In this document: one piece after another, positions 44,896 through 53,224 of the stretch
Layout of the letters: the number at the start of each line of letters is the position of its first letter
Position numbering within the stretch: position 1 is the first letter of the stretch
Virus record (IMG/VR): IMGVR_UViG_3300000517_000001
Direction: 5' to 3' (one strand)
DNA length: 64,000 nt
Origin: a virus
Taxonomy: Duplodnaviria; Heunggongvirae; Uroviricota; Caudoviricetes
Made by a program: the position numbers and the translations under genes
Notes under the pieces: generated by a model
Seen by the model: the letters and a program-made list of their open reading frames with translations, nothing else
Told to the model about the DNA's origin: nothing
Databases searched by the model: none

Positions 44896-45264
44896 TTAAA
44901 AAGAATTCAACATTTCAACTTCATCATTGAAGAGAAGAAGAGAAGCAAAGCCAAAGTTGTCGACCATATAGAACCGATCACCTTTTTGGAAGATGTCACC
45001 AACAGAAGTTGAGCTTTGCATATCACCAATACGAGTAACACGCTCTGGATTGCTCCAAAGATTGGTTAGCAAAAACGCTTCTTCGAGGTCATCAGTATCA
45101 ACCTGCATAGTCTCGGTATAGTACTGAAGATCGGAAGTACGGAAGTTTGAAGCTCCAAACATGACATTCAACTTAGCACGTTGAGCAGGAACAGCTTCGT
45201 GACCGCGCTCGTTGATGATGTCAATTTGCTCGTCGGTGAGTTGGATTTGGTAGATGGTGATCAT
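44896..45264 (-). CDS. hypothetical protein (122 aa)
   Basis: ORF downstream of an early promoter copy. Confidence 0.45.
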   Translation of the reverse strand: MITIYQIQLTDEQIDIINERGHEAVPAQRAKLNVMFGASNFRTSDLQYYTETMQVDTDDLEEAFLLTNLWSNPERVTRIGDMQSSTSVGDIFQKGDRFYMVDNFGFASLLLFNDEVEMLNSF

Positions 45265-45296
45265 GTTGGAAACTCCTTTTTCCTTCTTACAATACT

Positions 45297-45325
45297 AATC
45301 TACATTATTCTTAAAACAATGTCAA
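45297..45325 (-). promoter_or_regulatory. early promoter repeat (TTGACA-17-TAGATT)
   Basis: Family member upstream of 45264. Confidence 0.5.
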
Positions 45326-45726
45326 CATATTTTTTCAAAATTAGGAAAAATAATTTGAGCTTCTACAACTTCAGTTTCTCCATTACGAACCCGAGCTTTC
45401 CAAATATCAGGAAACTCTTCACCAACACCATTTACTTCGAACGTAAGATGCGGATATTTTTTACTCAAAGCCTCGAGGTCTTTTTGCCAATTATACCACT
45501 TCCACTGCCCCAACCGAAACGAAACACTATGACTTTCGACATACATGCTTGTAGAACTTTTGATGTCATTGAGAAGACCATCATCTTTGTGGAATTCTTT
45601 AAACTCAAAAAACTCTGCTTCGTCTCGATTCTTAAACCCACTAATCTGTACTTCGTAATCAGTGTAATAGCCCATTTTATTCTCCTTAGTCACACATTCC
45701 CATAAAGGCTGCAGGTGCAGCTCCAT
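45322..45726 (-). CDS. hypothetical protein (134 aa)
   Basis: ORF. Confidence 0.45.
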   Translation of the reverse strand: MELHLQPLWECVTKENKMGYYTDYEVQISGFKNRDEAEFFEFKEFHKDDGLLNDIKSSTSMYVESHSVSFRLGQWKWYNWQKDLEALSKKYPHLTFEVNGVGEEFPDIWKARVRNGETEVVEAQIIFPNFEKIC

Positions 45727-45835
45727 TGCCTAGCAGTAAAGTTTTAGCACCACACTTTTGAAAGGTAAATGCAAGCATACCTACAGAAACTATAAACCAA
45801 ATTACTGCAACGACGTAAACCCATCCAGGTACCAT
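45687..45835 (-). CDS. small TM peptide (49 aa)
   Basis: MVPGWVYVVAVIWFIVSVGMLAFTF... single TM. Below the ORF-track size cut-off. Confidence 0.3.
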
Positions 45836-45847
45836 TTTATTCTCCTA

Positions 45848-45940
45848 TGAAACCGCGATAAAAAAGAGAAGAAACATGAGAGCCCAATAACCCACATAGA
45901 GGATAATAGCAATCTTTATAAGCTCCCAAATAAATCCCAT
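45848..45940 (-). CDS. small TM peptide (31 aa)
   Basis: MGFIWELIKIAIILYVGYWALMFLLFFIAVS single TM. Confidence 0.25.
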
Positions 45941-45941
45941 T

Positions 45942-46151
45942 TTACCACTCCTTGTGCCAACCCATTTTTTCGTTGTCGTCATAACCAGCCCAGTATGCGG
46001 CAAGTTCTTCCTGAGTCATATTTTCCATTTCGACTCGTTCACTCATGCCGGTACCACCGACATAGTAGTGAGGGCGAGGTGTACGACCATAGTAACTATC
46101 AGCAGAACCACGATCATACGGACCACCGTGCCGTTCATCATACTTTGTCAT
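45942..46151 (-). CDS. hypothetical protein (69 aa)
   Basis: ORF, coupled. Confidence 0.4.
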   Translation of the reverse strand: MTKYDERHGGPYDRGSADSYYGRTPRPHYYVGGTGMSERVEMENMTQEELAAYWAGYDDNEKMGWHKEW

Positions 46152-46495
46152 TCTTTATCTCCTTTCCAATCTGCTTCAGGATCATATTCAAAACCTTCGA
46201 ATCGCTCTTCAAGGCTCCGAATAAGTTGTTGCTTATGCTCATTCATAAACCGCCGAAAGAGCTCACGATCAAATTGCATGTCAGTGGCATCTGAACTATG
46301 TTTAGGGTTTCTCACTTTCATATATGCGGGACCAGGCTTGTCTTCTTTATACCATTCAAGCGCTTCGTCAATGTCCTGGATAGCTTCAAGTGTAGTTTGA
46401 ATAGAATTCAGTCGCGCGAGATTCATTTTCATTTTAATATCCTTTCGAAACTGCGACGATTTCACCACCGCGGTAGATTGCAACTTCAAATCCAA
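46148..46495 (-). CDS. hypothetical protein (115 aa)
   Basis: ORF, coupled. Confidence 0.4.
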   Translation of the reverse strand: MDLKLQSTAVVKSSQFRKDIKMKMNLARLNSIQTTLEAIQDIDEALEWYKEDKPGPAYMKVRNPKHSSDATDMQFDRELFRRFMNEHKQQLIRSLEERFEGFEYDPEADWKGDKE

Positions 46496-46603
46496 CTTCG
46501 CGTGCTTTTGCTTTTGCAGTCACAAGATCATCAGTTACAAAGTCGAGGAAGTATCCGAAGTTGATCATAAAGAGTTCGTACATTGTGTTTCTCCTGTTTT
46601 CAC

Positions 46604-46864
46604 TTAGTAAGGAAATCGAATACTGTTTACCAAATTTGCAATCTTTTGTTTGACTTTTTCAAATTCTTCCTTTGCAAATTTCATATCGCTTTCGGCTTCC
46701 CAGATTTGATTCTTGAGATCATCATCAAGCGGGTCGTCATTCATTGCGCGAATCAATGCTTTGTCCTGAAGAACTTTCAGCTTCTTTTGTGCTTCAGAGA
46801 AAAAGCGAATATTATCTTCGAGGTCCAACATAAGAGACTCGATATGATCAAAAGCTCCGTGCAT
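46604..46864 (-). CDS. hypothetical coiled-coil protein (86 aa)
   Basis: ORF downstream of an early promoter copy. Confidence 0.4.
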   Translation of the reverse strand: MHGAFDHIESLMLDLEDNIRFFSEAQKKLKVLQDKALIRAMNDDPLDDDLKNQIWEAESDMKFAKEEFEKVKQKIANLVNSIRFPY

Positions 46865-46894
46865 GGTGTTTTCCTTTTCATTTTGTATATTACT

Positions 46895-46923
46895 AATCTA
46901 CAATACTCTTAAAAGGATGTCAA
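46895..46923 (-). promoter_or_regulatory. early promoter repeat (TTGACA-17-TAGATT)
   Basis: Family member. Confidence 0.5.
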
Positions 46924-46951
46924 CTACTTTTTTTACTTTTTTGAAAAAAGT

Positions 46952-47452
46952 TTAGGCTGCCACTTTTGCAGCAGCCTTTTCTTTGATCATAGGATTAACG
47001 AGGTCCCGGCGAAGGTAGCTATAGATTTGCTTGAAGCATTCACCGTGTGGCTTATCATAGTTTTGACGGAACCGCTTTACTCTCCAGCAATAGCGATACT
47101 GCACGTGATGAGATACTTCATGAGCAACAAGAACCCACATCACATCTTCCCAATCATTACAACGAATCGATCCAATCGTAGGATGATCTTTGAATGCTTT
47201 ATACTCTTGAAAGGTGAGATACGGATAAGCGATATTGATCTTAATTACACGAGCACCGGCCCGTGAGCGATATCCCATTGTCTTTCGAACTTCGAGAACA
47301 CGTGCTGCGATATCAGGGCAGTTGGTCGGAAGCTCGAGCTCATATTCCTTTTTACGAAGAAGACGCATGCACTTTTTAACCATCTGTTCGATTTTACGAT
47401 ATTCAGCGGTGGTGACATTCGAGTTCTTTTTCAAAGGTACACTCCTTTTCAT
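46952..47452 (-). CDS. SprT-like zinc metallopeptidase-domain protein
   Basis: HEVSHH (HExxH) motif in a ~166-aa basic protein. Confidence 0.4.
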   Translation of the reverse strand: MKRSVPLKKNSNVTTAEYRKIEQMVKKCMRLLRKKEYELELPTNCPDIAARVLEVRKTMGYRSRAGARVIKINIAYPYLTFQEYKAFKDHPTIGSIRCNDWEDVMWVLVAHEVSHHVQYRYCWRVKRFRQNYDKPHGECFKQIYSYLRRDLVNPMIKEKAAAKVAA

Positions 47453-47465
47453 TTGGTATAGTTAT

Positions 47466-47494
47466 ATACTACACCATTTAAGAAGGAATGTACA
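47466..47494 (-). promoter_or_regulatory. degenerate early promoter repeat (TGTACA-17-TAGTAT)
   Basis: Same leader context (aagaaggaatg) as the family, but the -35 element is mutated. Confidence 0.3.
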
Positions 47495-47522
47495 CAAAAA
47501 CGTTTGCTTTAAAAACAACTAC

Positions 47523-48113
47523 TTATGCAGCATTTTCATAAGGACGTTCACCATCATAGTCTTGGAAACCCTGCCACCAGTCAGGAGCAGAGCGACCACG
47601 ATCCCATTTAGCAAACGGTTTTGCGGCATGGTAATAGTTACGATAAGAGGTAACCGCATCACCTTCGACAATACAATCCGGATATGCTTTCATCGCGAGA
47701 GCAAATGGTGTAAGACCAATATCAGGAATATTGTCAGGTGCTTTACGAAGAAGTTCACCAAGCTTTAGGATTGTAGCATGATCTTTATTGAAGCGATACA
47801 GGAACTCGACACCAAGAGCACGGAAGTGTTCGTAATGCCATTCGTAGTTAGCCTTCGACTCAGCAGTCCATGTGGTGCAAGGATGATACTTATGTACCGC
47901 AAGGTAATACTGATCATCACGTTCATCGCCAAAGCTGTAATAAGTCTGCATGGTTTTACCGGACTTAGATGGCCGTTTGGTGGGAGTACCATCAAGCATA
48001 CGATGTACGGTCGACATCATTTGAGCAGACTCTACGATCATTTTGGGAATATGCTTATCGCACATCATTTGAGCAGAAATAATAGGTGATTCGTCAAGTA
48101 CGAAGATATTCAT
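47523..48113 (-). CDS. hypothetical protein (196 aa)
   Basis: ORF. Confidence 0.45.
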   Translation of the reverse strand: MNIFVLDESPIISAQMMCDKHIPKMIVESAQMMSTVHRMLDGTPTKRPSKSGKTMQTYYSFGDERDDQYYLAVHKYHPCTTWTAESKANYEWHYEHFRALGVEFLYRFNKDHATILKLGELLRKAPDNIPDIGLTPFALAMKAYPDCIVEGDAVTSYRNYYHAAKPFAKWDRGRSAPDWWQGFQDYDGERPYENAA

Positions 48114-48182
48114 GTTGTAACTCCATTGTTAGATAGATACATTCTATCACATAAAAAAGTATATGTACAATGAAAAAAAGTG

Positions 48183-48211
48183 TTGACATTCAATAACTTA
48201 GTGTGTATAAT
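48183..48211 (+). promoter_or_regulatory. inverted copy of the early promoter family, perfect TTGACA-17-TATAAT, rightward
   Basis: tgTTGACAttcaataacttagtgtgTATAATgctattaag on the plus strand, pointing against the flanking minus-strand genes. Confidence 0.45.
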
Positions 48212-48237
48212 GCTATTAAGCTACTGAAAATAATCTG

Positions 48238-48385
48238 TTATCTTTTATACTTGGTTACGTAAAATCCTTCAGGATAATTCATTGCTTCAAGCATATCTTT
48301 AAACATTTTAGGTGTAAGCAATATCATATCAGGTACATCATCGAAGGTAGAATCATTGAACTGTTTAATGTAAACCATATCGTCT
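48238..48385 (-). CDS. small hypothetical ORF (~47 aa from first ATG)
   Basis: MVYIKQFNDSTFDDVPDMILLTPKMFKDMLEAMNYPEGFYVTKYKR, in-frame open region between the flanking genes. Start uncertain. Confidence 0.25.
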
Positions 48386-48475
48386 TCGATTATGAGTTGT
48401 ACATCTTCGAGATTACCTTCTTCATCTAGAACGGTAGTTACAGTACCTTCAAATTCAAATTCGTTAGTAAAAATC

Positions 48476-49144
48476 TTAGAATCCTTTCAGTTTCTTGAAG
48501 TCAACTCTGAGTTCCATAAAGTCTCGAATGTGATTGTCTCGATGTTCAACAAACACTTGTGGATCATCTCCATCTACAGTAATTATAGTAACTAACTGGG
48601 TGATTGGTTTCTTTGTACGCTCTTCAAATGCGACAGCGTAGAATGATTCTTGCATAAAATAGCTTTTGATCCAATCTTTTTGTTTCTTTCTACGAGATGT
48701 TTTGAAATCAATAATTGAAAGCTTACCATCAAACTCAGCAATGCAGTCAACTTGTCCAGCAGTTTGAAGATAATCACTATAGAGAAAAGCTTCTTGAAAC
48801 CAAATATTGTCTACATGCTTATCGAGAATGCCTTTGATTTGCTGAAACGAAAAAATATTTGAAGGCATATGATTCTCTTTCCAATCTTCTCGATTGTCAA
48901 GATAGTCTTCGGCAAGTTTATGTACAGCCGTTCCACGTACTGCAGCTTGAGTTGAGATTTTTTGAGCCTCTTCTTCACCAACTCTTTTTTTCCAAGCTTC
49001 AAGACCAGACTTGTCCTGAATACCAAGAACAGTAGTCACCGAAGGATATGTATTACCCTCCGGTGTAAAGTACTTTCTTCCTTGTGGTGTTGTTTCACGT
49101 GTGCATTCAGGCAGCACAATTCCATGATCTACATGAGTAAACAT
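48476..49144 (-). CDS. PD-(D/E)XK nuclease-family protein
   Basis: GTAVHKLAE...VDCIAEFDG...IIDFKTSRRK motif set (D..D.K) in 222 aa. Confidence 0.5.
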   Translation of the reverse strand: MFTHVDHGIVLPECTRETTPQGRKYFTPEGNTYPSVTTVLGIQDKSGLEAWKKRVGEEEAQKISTQAAVRGTAVHKLAEDYLDNREDWKENHMPSNIFSFQQIKGILDKHVDNIWFQEAFLYSDYLQTAGQVDCIAEFDGKLSIIDFKTSRRKKQKDWIKSYFMQESFYAVAFEERTKKPITQLVTIITVDGDDPQVFVEHRDNHIRDFMELRVDFKKLKGF

Positions 49145-49453
49145 TTACCCTCCGATAAACACGTTGTCAGAACCAGTAATAATTTGACCGCCGTCAGCTG
49201 AGTCACCGATACGAGCAGCTGGTATATTTTCAAAGAAAACTGTAGAGCTTCCTTCATTCACGTATGCGGTATGAGGTACACAAACTAGTCCTTGCAAAAT
49301 CGTGTGAGGAGCAATAATATCACCCTTTACTGATGCAAGGATTCCATTAATATAGACACTGTTTTGTTCTGTGCCACGTATTTGAGCAGTGCCATCGCAC
49401 GCATGGCCAGTTGTGATTGTGTCTTCGTCTTGCGCTCTTGCTGCCTTTGGCAT
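49145..49453 (-). CDS. PAAR-domain spike-tip protein (gp5.4-like)
   Basis: NIPAARIGD PAAR motif. 102 aa with conserved His/Cys. Confidence 0.65.
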   Translation of the reverse strand: MPKAARAQDEDTITTGHACDGTAQIRGTEQNSVYINGILASVKGDIIAPHTILQGLVCVPHTAYVNEGSSTVFFENIPAARIGDSADGGQIITGSDNVFIGG

Positions 49454-49454
49454 C

Positions 49455-50198
49455 TTAGTATCCTAGCTCTTCCTTTTTCAGTATGTACGACTTAACTAAT
49501 CCACTACGTACAATATCTTCTGGATAGAATCTTATTATATCAAATTCTTCCATTTTGTCAACAATGTTTAGTATATCACCAAACCCAGACTTCTCAGATT
49601 TACGCTGAGTAGCAAGATCGTCTTGCTTAGTATCACCACAAAAGATAAATTTGGTATTCTCACCGGCTCTTGTAATCACTGTATCAATTTCATGGAAGTT
49701 CATGTTTTGTATTTCATCTACAACTATATATGCATTATCAAATGTTGCTGATCTCAAAAACGATGTTGATGTAAACTCAATCATATTTTTTTGTTTTAAG
49801 ATCGTATAAGCATCTCCACGACCAAATACTTGATTACAGATTGGTGGATATGGTGTTTCATATACTGCTTCTTTTTCGTTTTTGTTGCCTGGCTGAAATC
49901 CTTGATCTCGAGTAGAAACAGTAGAGCGTATAATGAAAACCTTATTACGAGGACTGTTCTTATCTACAATATCACTTAAGGCAAAATACAAACCTAAAAA
50001 GCTTTTACCTGTACCAGGAGAACCATGAAGTACGAGATTGTAATCTTCTTCCCACGCTTCCCAAGCAGCCTTTTGACCTGGTGTTAATGGTTCAATTTCA
50101 GAATTTACTCGAAATACACTTTCTCTAAAATTACCTTCTTGATCAATTATACCTTGTTGTCTCAGTGTTCTTTTTTGTTTTTTTGTTAAACGAGACAT
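49455..50198 (-). CDS. phoH: PhoH-like ATPase
   Basis: Walker A GSPGTGKSF, Walker B IVVDEIQN, FCGDTKQ motif. 247 aa. Confidence 0.8.
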   Translation of the reverse strand: MSRLTKKQKRTLRQQGIIDQEGNFRESVFRVNSEIEPLTPGQKAAWEAWEEDYNLVLHGSPGTGKSFLGLYFALSDIVDKNSPRNKVFIIRSTVSTRDQGFQPGNKNEKEAVYETPYPPICNQVFGRGDAYTILKQKNMIEFTSTSFLRSATFDNAYIVVDEIQNMNFHEIDTVITRAGENTKFIFCGDTKQDDLATQRKSEKSGFGDILNIVDKMEEFDIIRFYPEDIVRSGLVKSYILKKEELGY

Positions 50199-50206
50199 AT
50201 GATTCC

Positions 50207-50443
50207 TTATCTTGTATTAATGGTGGAATGCTTATGAGAAGACTTTGCTTTTTTCAGTACGTCATTGAAGTTATCATCCGGTCTTCGAAAACCGAGACGA
50301 ACTGAATCACCAAAAGCTGGAGGCGCGATCTTCTGTGTCATGTGGGGATTGTCTTGTTTGTATTGCTCATACTCAGCAATAGACATAGTAAGTGTAGTTT
50401 CTTCTTTTGTATCATTATTCACAAACGTGTAATTTGGCATCAT
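50207..50443 (-). CDS. hypothetical protein (78 aa)
   Basis: ORF. Confidence 0.4.
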   Translation of the reverse strand: MMPNYTFVNNDTKEETTLTMSIAEYEQYKQDNPHMTQKIAPPAFGDSVRLGFRRPDDNFNDVLKKAKSSHKHSTINTR

Positions 50444-50452
50444 TTACCTCCA

Positions 50453-50480
50453 TAAAAAAAGAGCAGCCAATAAGCTGCTC
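50453..50480 (-). terminator. Rho-independent terminator
   Basis: gagcagc-caataa-gctgctc hairpin followed on the minus strand by a T-run (plus-strand A-run 50453-50460). Confidence 0.5.
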
Positions 50481-50504
50481 TGTTCAACCTACTGACAATA
50501 GTAT

Positions 50505-51092
50505 TTATACTAGACTGTCATAGATTTCACGCCAGTTTGAAACACGACGAATACTATACTTCGACATATTAAAGTGCGTGTTATGCGGATGATTAATAAG
50601 AATAGGATCAAGACCCATTATTTGGCCAGTGATCGCATTTTCGGGTTTATCTTCTACCCAAAGACAACCAGTATCACGATAAGGTTCAAGTGCTTCATCT
50701 TTGTCAGCACCACAATCAAGACACTCAATCTTTTCAAATGCAGTTTTACCAAAGAGCGCTTCGAGATTTTTCTTACGAAGCTTACCTGCATAAATGTCTT
50801 CACTCAACGAAGTAATACAGTGGAACACAAAGCCATGATCTTCATGAAGACGCCGAACATATTTTACCGAGTCGCGAAGCTGAGGCAACCAACCAATTGC
50901 GGCTGACTCGTTAAACTGTCGGACATATGATTTGGCTTCTGGTTTCGGCATATTAAAGATCTTACCAATATCATATTCAGTATGATTGATTGGCTCAAAT
51001 CCACGATCTCGCATCCAACGATAGAAACCATATTGCCAATCAAGCAATACACCGTCGCAGTCTACAAGAATTAGTTTATCACTCAGTTTCAT
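50505..51092 (-). CDS. HAD-superfamily 5'(3')-deoxyribonucleotidase-like protein
   Basis: LILVDCDGVLLDW motif I (DxDGV), 195 aa. NT5C-like. Confidence 0.5.
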   Translation of the reverse strand: MKLSDKLILVDCDGVLLDWQYGFYRWMRDRGFEPINHTEYDIGKIFNMPKPEAKSYVRQFNESAAIGWLPQLRDSVKYVRRLHEDHGFVFHCITSLSEDIYAGKLRKKNLEALFGKTAFEKIECLDCGADKDEALEPYRDTGCLWVEDKPENAITGQIMGLDPILINHPHNTHFNMSKYSIRRVSNWREIYDSLV

Positions 51093-51103
51093 AATATATT
51101 TCC

Positions 51104-51301
51104 TTATCCGACAACGTTGAAGTGGAAGTGAACGCCGTTTTGAACAGCTTCTTGACCAACAAACACCGGGAAAAAGCGACCTTCCTCATTGGTCATCATA
51201 AAATGCCGAAAACCTTCGCAACCTGCTTTCTCAACCGCACGGCGAGCATTAGCAATAGTCTTGTAGGTTTTCGGCGCTGTGAAAGTGAATTCGCGGTTCA
51301 T
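51104..51301 (-). CDS. hypothetical protein (65 aa)
   Basis: ORF downstream of an early promoter copy. Confidence 0.4.
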   Translation of the reverse strand: MNREFTFTAPKTYKTIANARRAVEKAGCEGFRHFMMTNEEGRFFPVFVGQEAVQNGVHFHFNVVG

Positions 51302-51331
51302 GTTGATTTCCTTTTCATTCTGTATAGTTAT

Positions 51332-51360
51332 ACTATAAGCTTTCTAAAAAGGAATGTCAA
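51332..51360 (-). promoter_or_regulatory. early promoter repeat (TTGACA-17-TATAGT)
   Basis: Family member. Confidence 0.5.
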
Positions 51361-51529
51361 CTACTTTTTTGAAAAAAGTTACTCTAAATGCGAAAATTTA
51401 TTCTTGTTCTTATTTCGCCGAGCGTTTTGGATCTTTGCTTTCTTTTTGTCGTACCTTTTACCATCACGCTTTTTAAACTTGACTTCAGAGTCTTGTTCTT
51501 CGTACATCCATTCACGGAAGTTTTTATTC

Positions 51530-51970
51530 TTAGCCATCGCTAATGATCTCACCAAACGCTTCGTTGATTGTTGCTTTAGTCAAACCCTTGATCGGTTTCT
51601 TTTGAATCATTTGAATCAATAGCTCAGCATCTTTCTTATCTACAGACTCAAGCATCTCGATAAACATTGTTTCACGCTTGATACGATGCACACCTTCAGG
51701 CGCAAATCCTTCAACAAAGTATTTAAGTTTACGCGCTTGACGCTGAAGAGCACCTTGATTATCAGGATACTCAGAAGGTGTATAAGGTGGTGCTGTATCA
51801 GGAATGTTAAACTTCTTTGACTTATCATACATAAGTACAAGAATATTTCGAAGAGGTAGACTATTGTGCTGTCGAAGGTAGTCTACCTTTTCTTGTTTTG
51901 ATTTCATTTTTGCTGCTTCTTCAAGAATTTCTGCAATAGACAATCTATAACCCATTTTTACTCCGTTCAA
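51530..51970 (-). CDS. hypothetical protein (146 aa)
   Basis: ORF. Confidence 0.4.
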   Translation of the reverse strand: MNGVKMGYRLSIAEILEEAAKMKSKQEKVDYLRQHNSLPLRNILVLMYDKSKKFNIPDTAPPYTPSEYPDNQGALQRQARKLKYFVEGFAPEGVHRIKRETMFIEMLESVDKKDAELLIQMIQKKPIKGLTKATINEAFGEIISDG

Positions 51971-52821
51971 AAGTCCTGGATGGACTCCATAAGAAATTTC
52001 AATTTGTTCTTGATAAAGTAATTGAAGAGCTGTGAACGATCCTTATCATTCTCTTCACCATACACATCAAGAATTTGCTCTTTAATAGACTCAGGAACTT
52101 CAGAAAGGTCGATGAGCTTTTTGTTCCGAGCCCAATTACGTTTAAGTGTCTCATCAAGATTATTTATATCCTCAAACATCTCGATACGCTTCTTAGTAAC
52201 TGGCTTTTGACGCTGACCAACCACGAGACAATTATCAGGTGAGAGTACATTCGGAATTCCGTCACCTACATCGCCTTTAATGATATGCTCAGCAAGATAC
52301 TTTTCAGCATCTGAGTGTTTGATCCAACGCTTACGTGTAGGGTCCCATTGATCGACATTAGCATACTTATGAAGCTGAATGTAGTCCTTATCACCAGAAA
52401 GAATAAGGATAGGCTCACCAGTATTAAGAGGTGTACCCTCACTATGAACAACAGTGCCAATAATATCATCGGCTTCAGCAGTTGGAATTTGAATTACTTT
52501 ATATGGAAAGAACGTCTTGAGTTCTTCACGTACATTATTCAATGCAGTAAAGATTGCATTCCAATCAAGCTCAGACTCTTGACGAGCTTTCTTACGAGAT
52601 GCTTTGTAGTACGGAAAATAAGACCTACGCCAATAGTTTGTGTCATCACAGCAGATGACAAATTCTCCATACTTTTCATGAAACTTTTTACGATTGAAAC
52701 GCAAGCTGTTAAGTACCATGTGACGGATCATTGACTCATCAACCTGCGCGTTTTTATGATTACCAATTTGAACCATCATATTCGAAATCATTACTTGGTT
52801 AAGATCAACCAAAATAGGCAT
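51967..52821 (-). CDS. rnh: RNase H / 5'-3' flap exonuclease (T4 rnh-like)
   Basis: MIRHMVLNSLRFNRKKF...YWRRSYFPYYKASRKKARQES..DW parallels T4 RNase H MVRHLILNSIKFNVKK...YWRRDFAYYYKKNRGKAREES.WDW. Confidence 0.8.
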   Translation of the reverse strand: MPILVDLNQVMISNMMVQIGNHKNAQVDESMIRHMVLNSLRFNRKKFHEKYGEFVICCDDTNYWRRSYFPYYKASRKKARQESELDWNAIFTALNNVREELKTFFPYKVIQIPTAEADDIIGTVVHSEGTPLNTGEPILILSGDKDYIQLHKYANVDQWDPTRKRWIKHSDAEKYLAEHIIKGDVGDGIPNVLSPDNCLVVGQRQKPVTKKRIEMFEDINNLDETLKRNWARNKKLIDLSEVPESIKEQILDVYGEENDKDRSQLFNYFIKNKLKFLMESIQDF

Positions 52822-52848
52822 TGTATTCTCCTTATCTGTTACCTATTA

Positions 52849-52877
52849 ATTATATTCTAGGCACAGACAAATGTCAA
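52849..52877 (-). promoter_or_regulatory. early promoter repeat (TTGACA-17-TATAAT)
   Basis: Family member upstream of rnh. Confidence 0.5.
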
Positions 52878-53224
52878 CTTAAATTGTCTTCCATATCAGC
52901 AAGAAAGTCTTCGAGCAAAGAAGCTTCATCATCAATAAATCCATAAAGCGTATTGTTTACTTCATGGATTGGACTATTTAGACCCTTTGCTCGATATCCA
53001 AGAGCTCGAATCGCTTCAATCAAGCCAAGAATATCTTTGATACATTCAGGATTCTCTTGAATTGGATATTCAAAGTGTAGCATAGCATCTACAATTTCCA
53101 TAGTTGCTAACGCGGCAATGTTAGCTACCTCCTCTTCGTCGCTTTCGAACTCCTCTGTAATAGTATCAAGCTTTTCTTGCTCGCGCTTTTGTTTTATTTT
53201 AGCGAAGTCGATTACTTCTGTCAT
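52874..53224 (-). CDS. hypothetical acidic protein (116 aa)
   Basis: ORF. Very acidic. Confidence 0.4.
   Translation of the reverse strand: MTEVIDFAKIKQKREQEKLDTITEEFESDEEEVANIAALATMEIVDAMLHFEYPIQENPECIKDILGLIEAIRALGYRAKGLNSPIHEVNNTLYGFIDDEASLLEDFLADMEDNLS

Noticed and set aside
42489-45012. Long plus-strand ORFs 42489..43508 (339 aa) and 43846..45012 (388 aa)
   Set aside because: They have a Cys/Phe/Leu-rich low-complexity composition, lie opposite a run of promoter-served minus-strand genes (SleB-like, DUF932), and have no promoter or RBS.
47523-48113. Pyrimidine-dimer glycosylase (DenV-like) assignment for the 196-aa protein
   Set aside because: Only a loose N-terminal resemblance (D.H...E) to the Pyr_excise signature. 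The length and remaining sequence do not fit. Left as hypothetical.
48392-48595. Plus-strand 67-aa ORF downstream of the inverted promoter
   Set aside because: It is a Ser-rich low-complexity antisense frame overlapping the PD-(D/E)XK nuclease gene. More likely it is the untranslated body of an antisense transcript.
50496-50503. TATAAATA late-promoter-like octamer on the minus strand
   Set aside because: It lies between a stop codon and an immediately following intrinsic terminator, so no gene is served. Likely a chance occurrence in AT-rich sequence.
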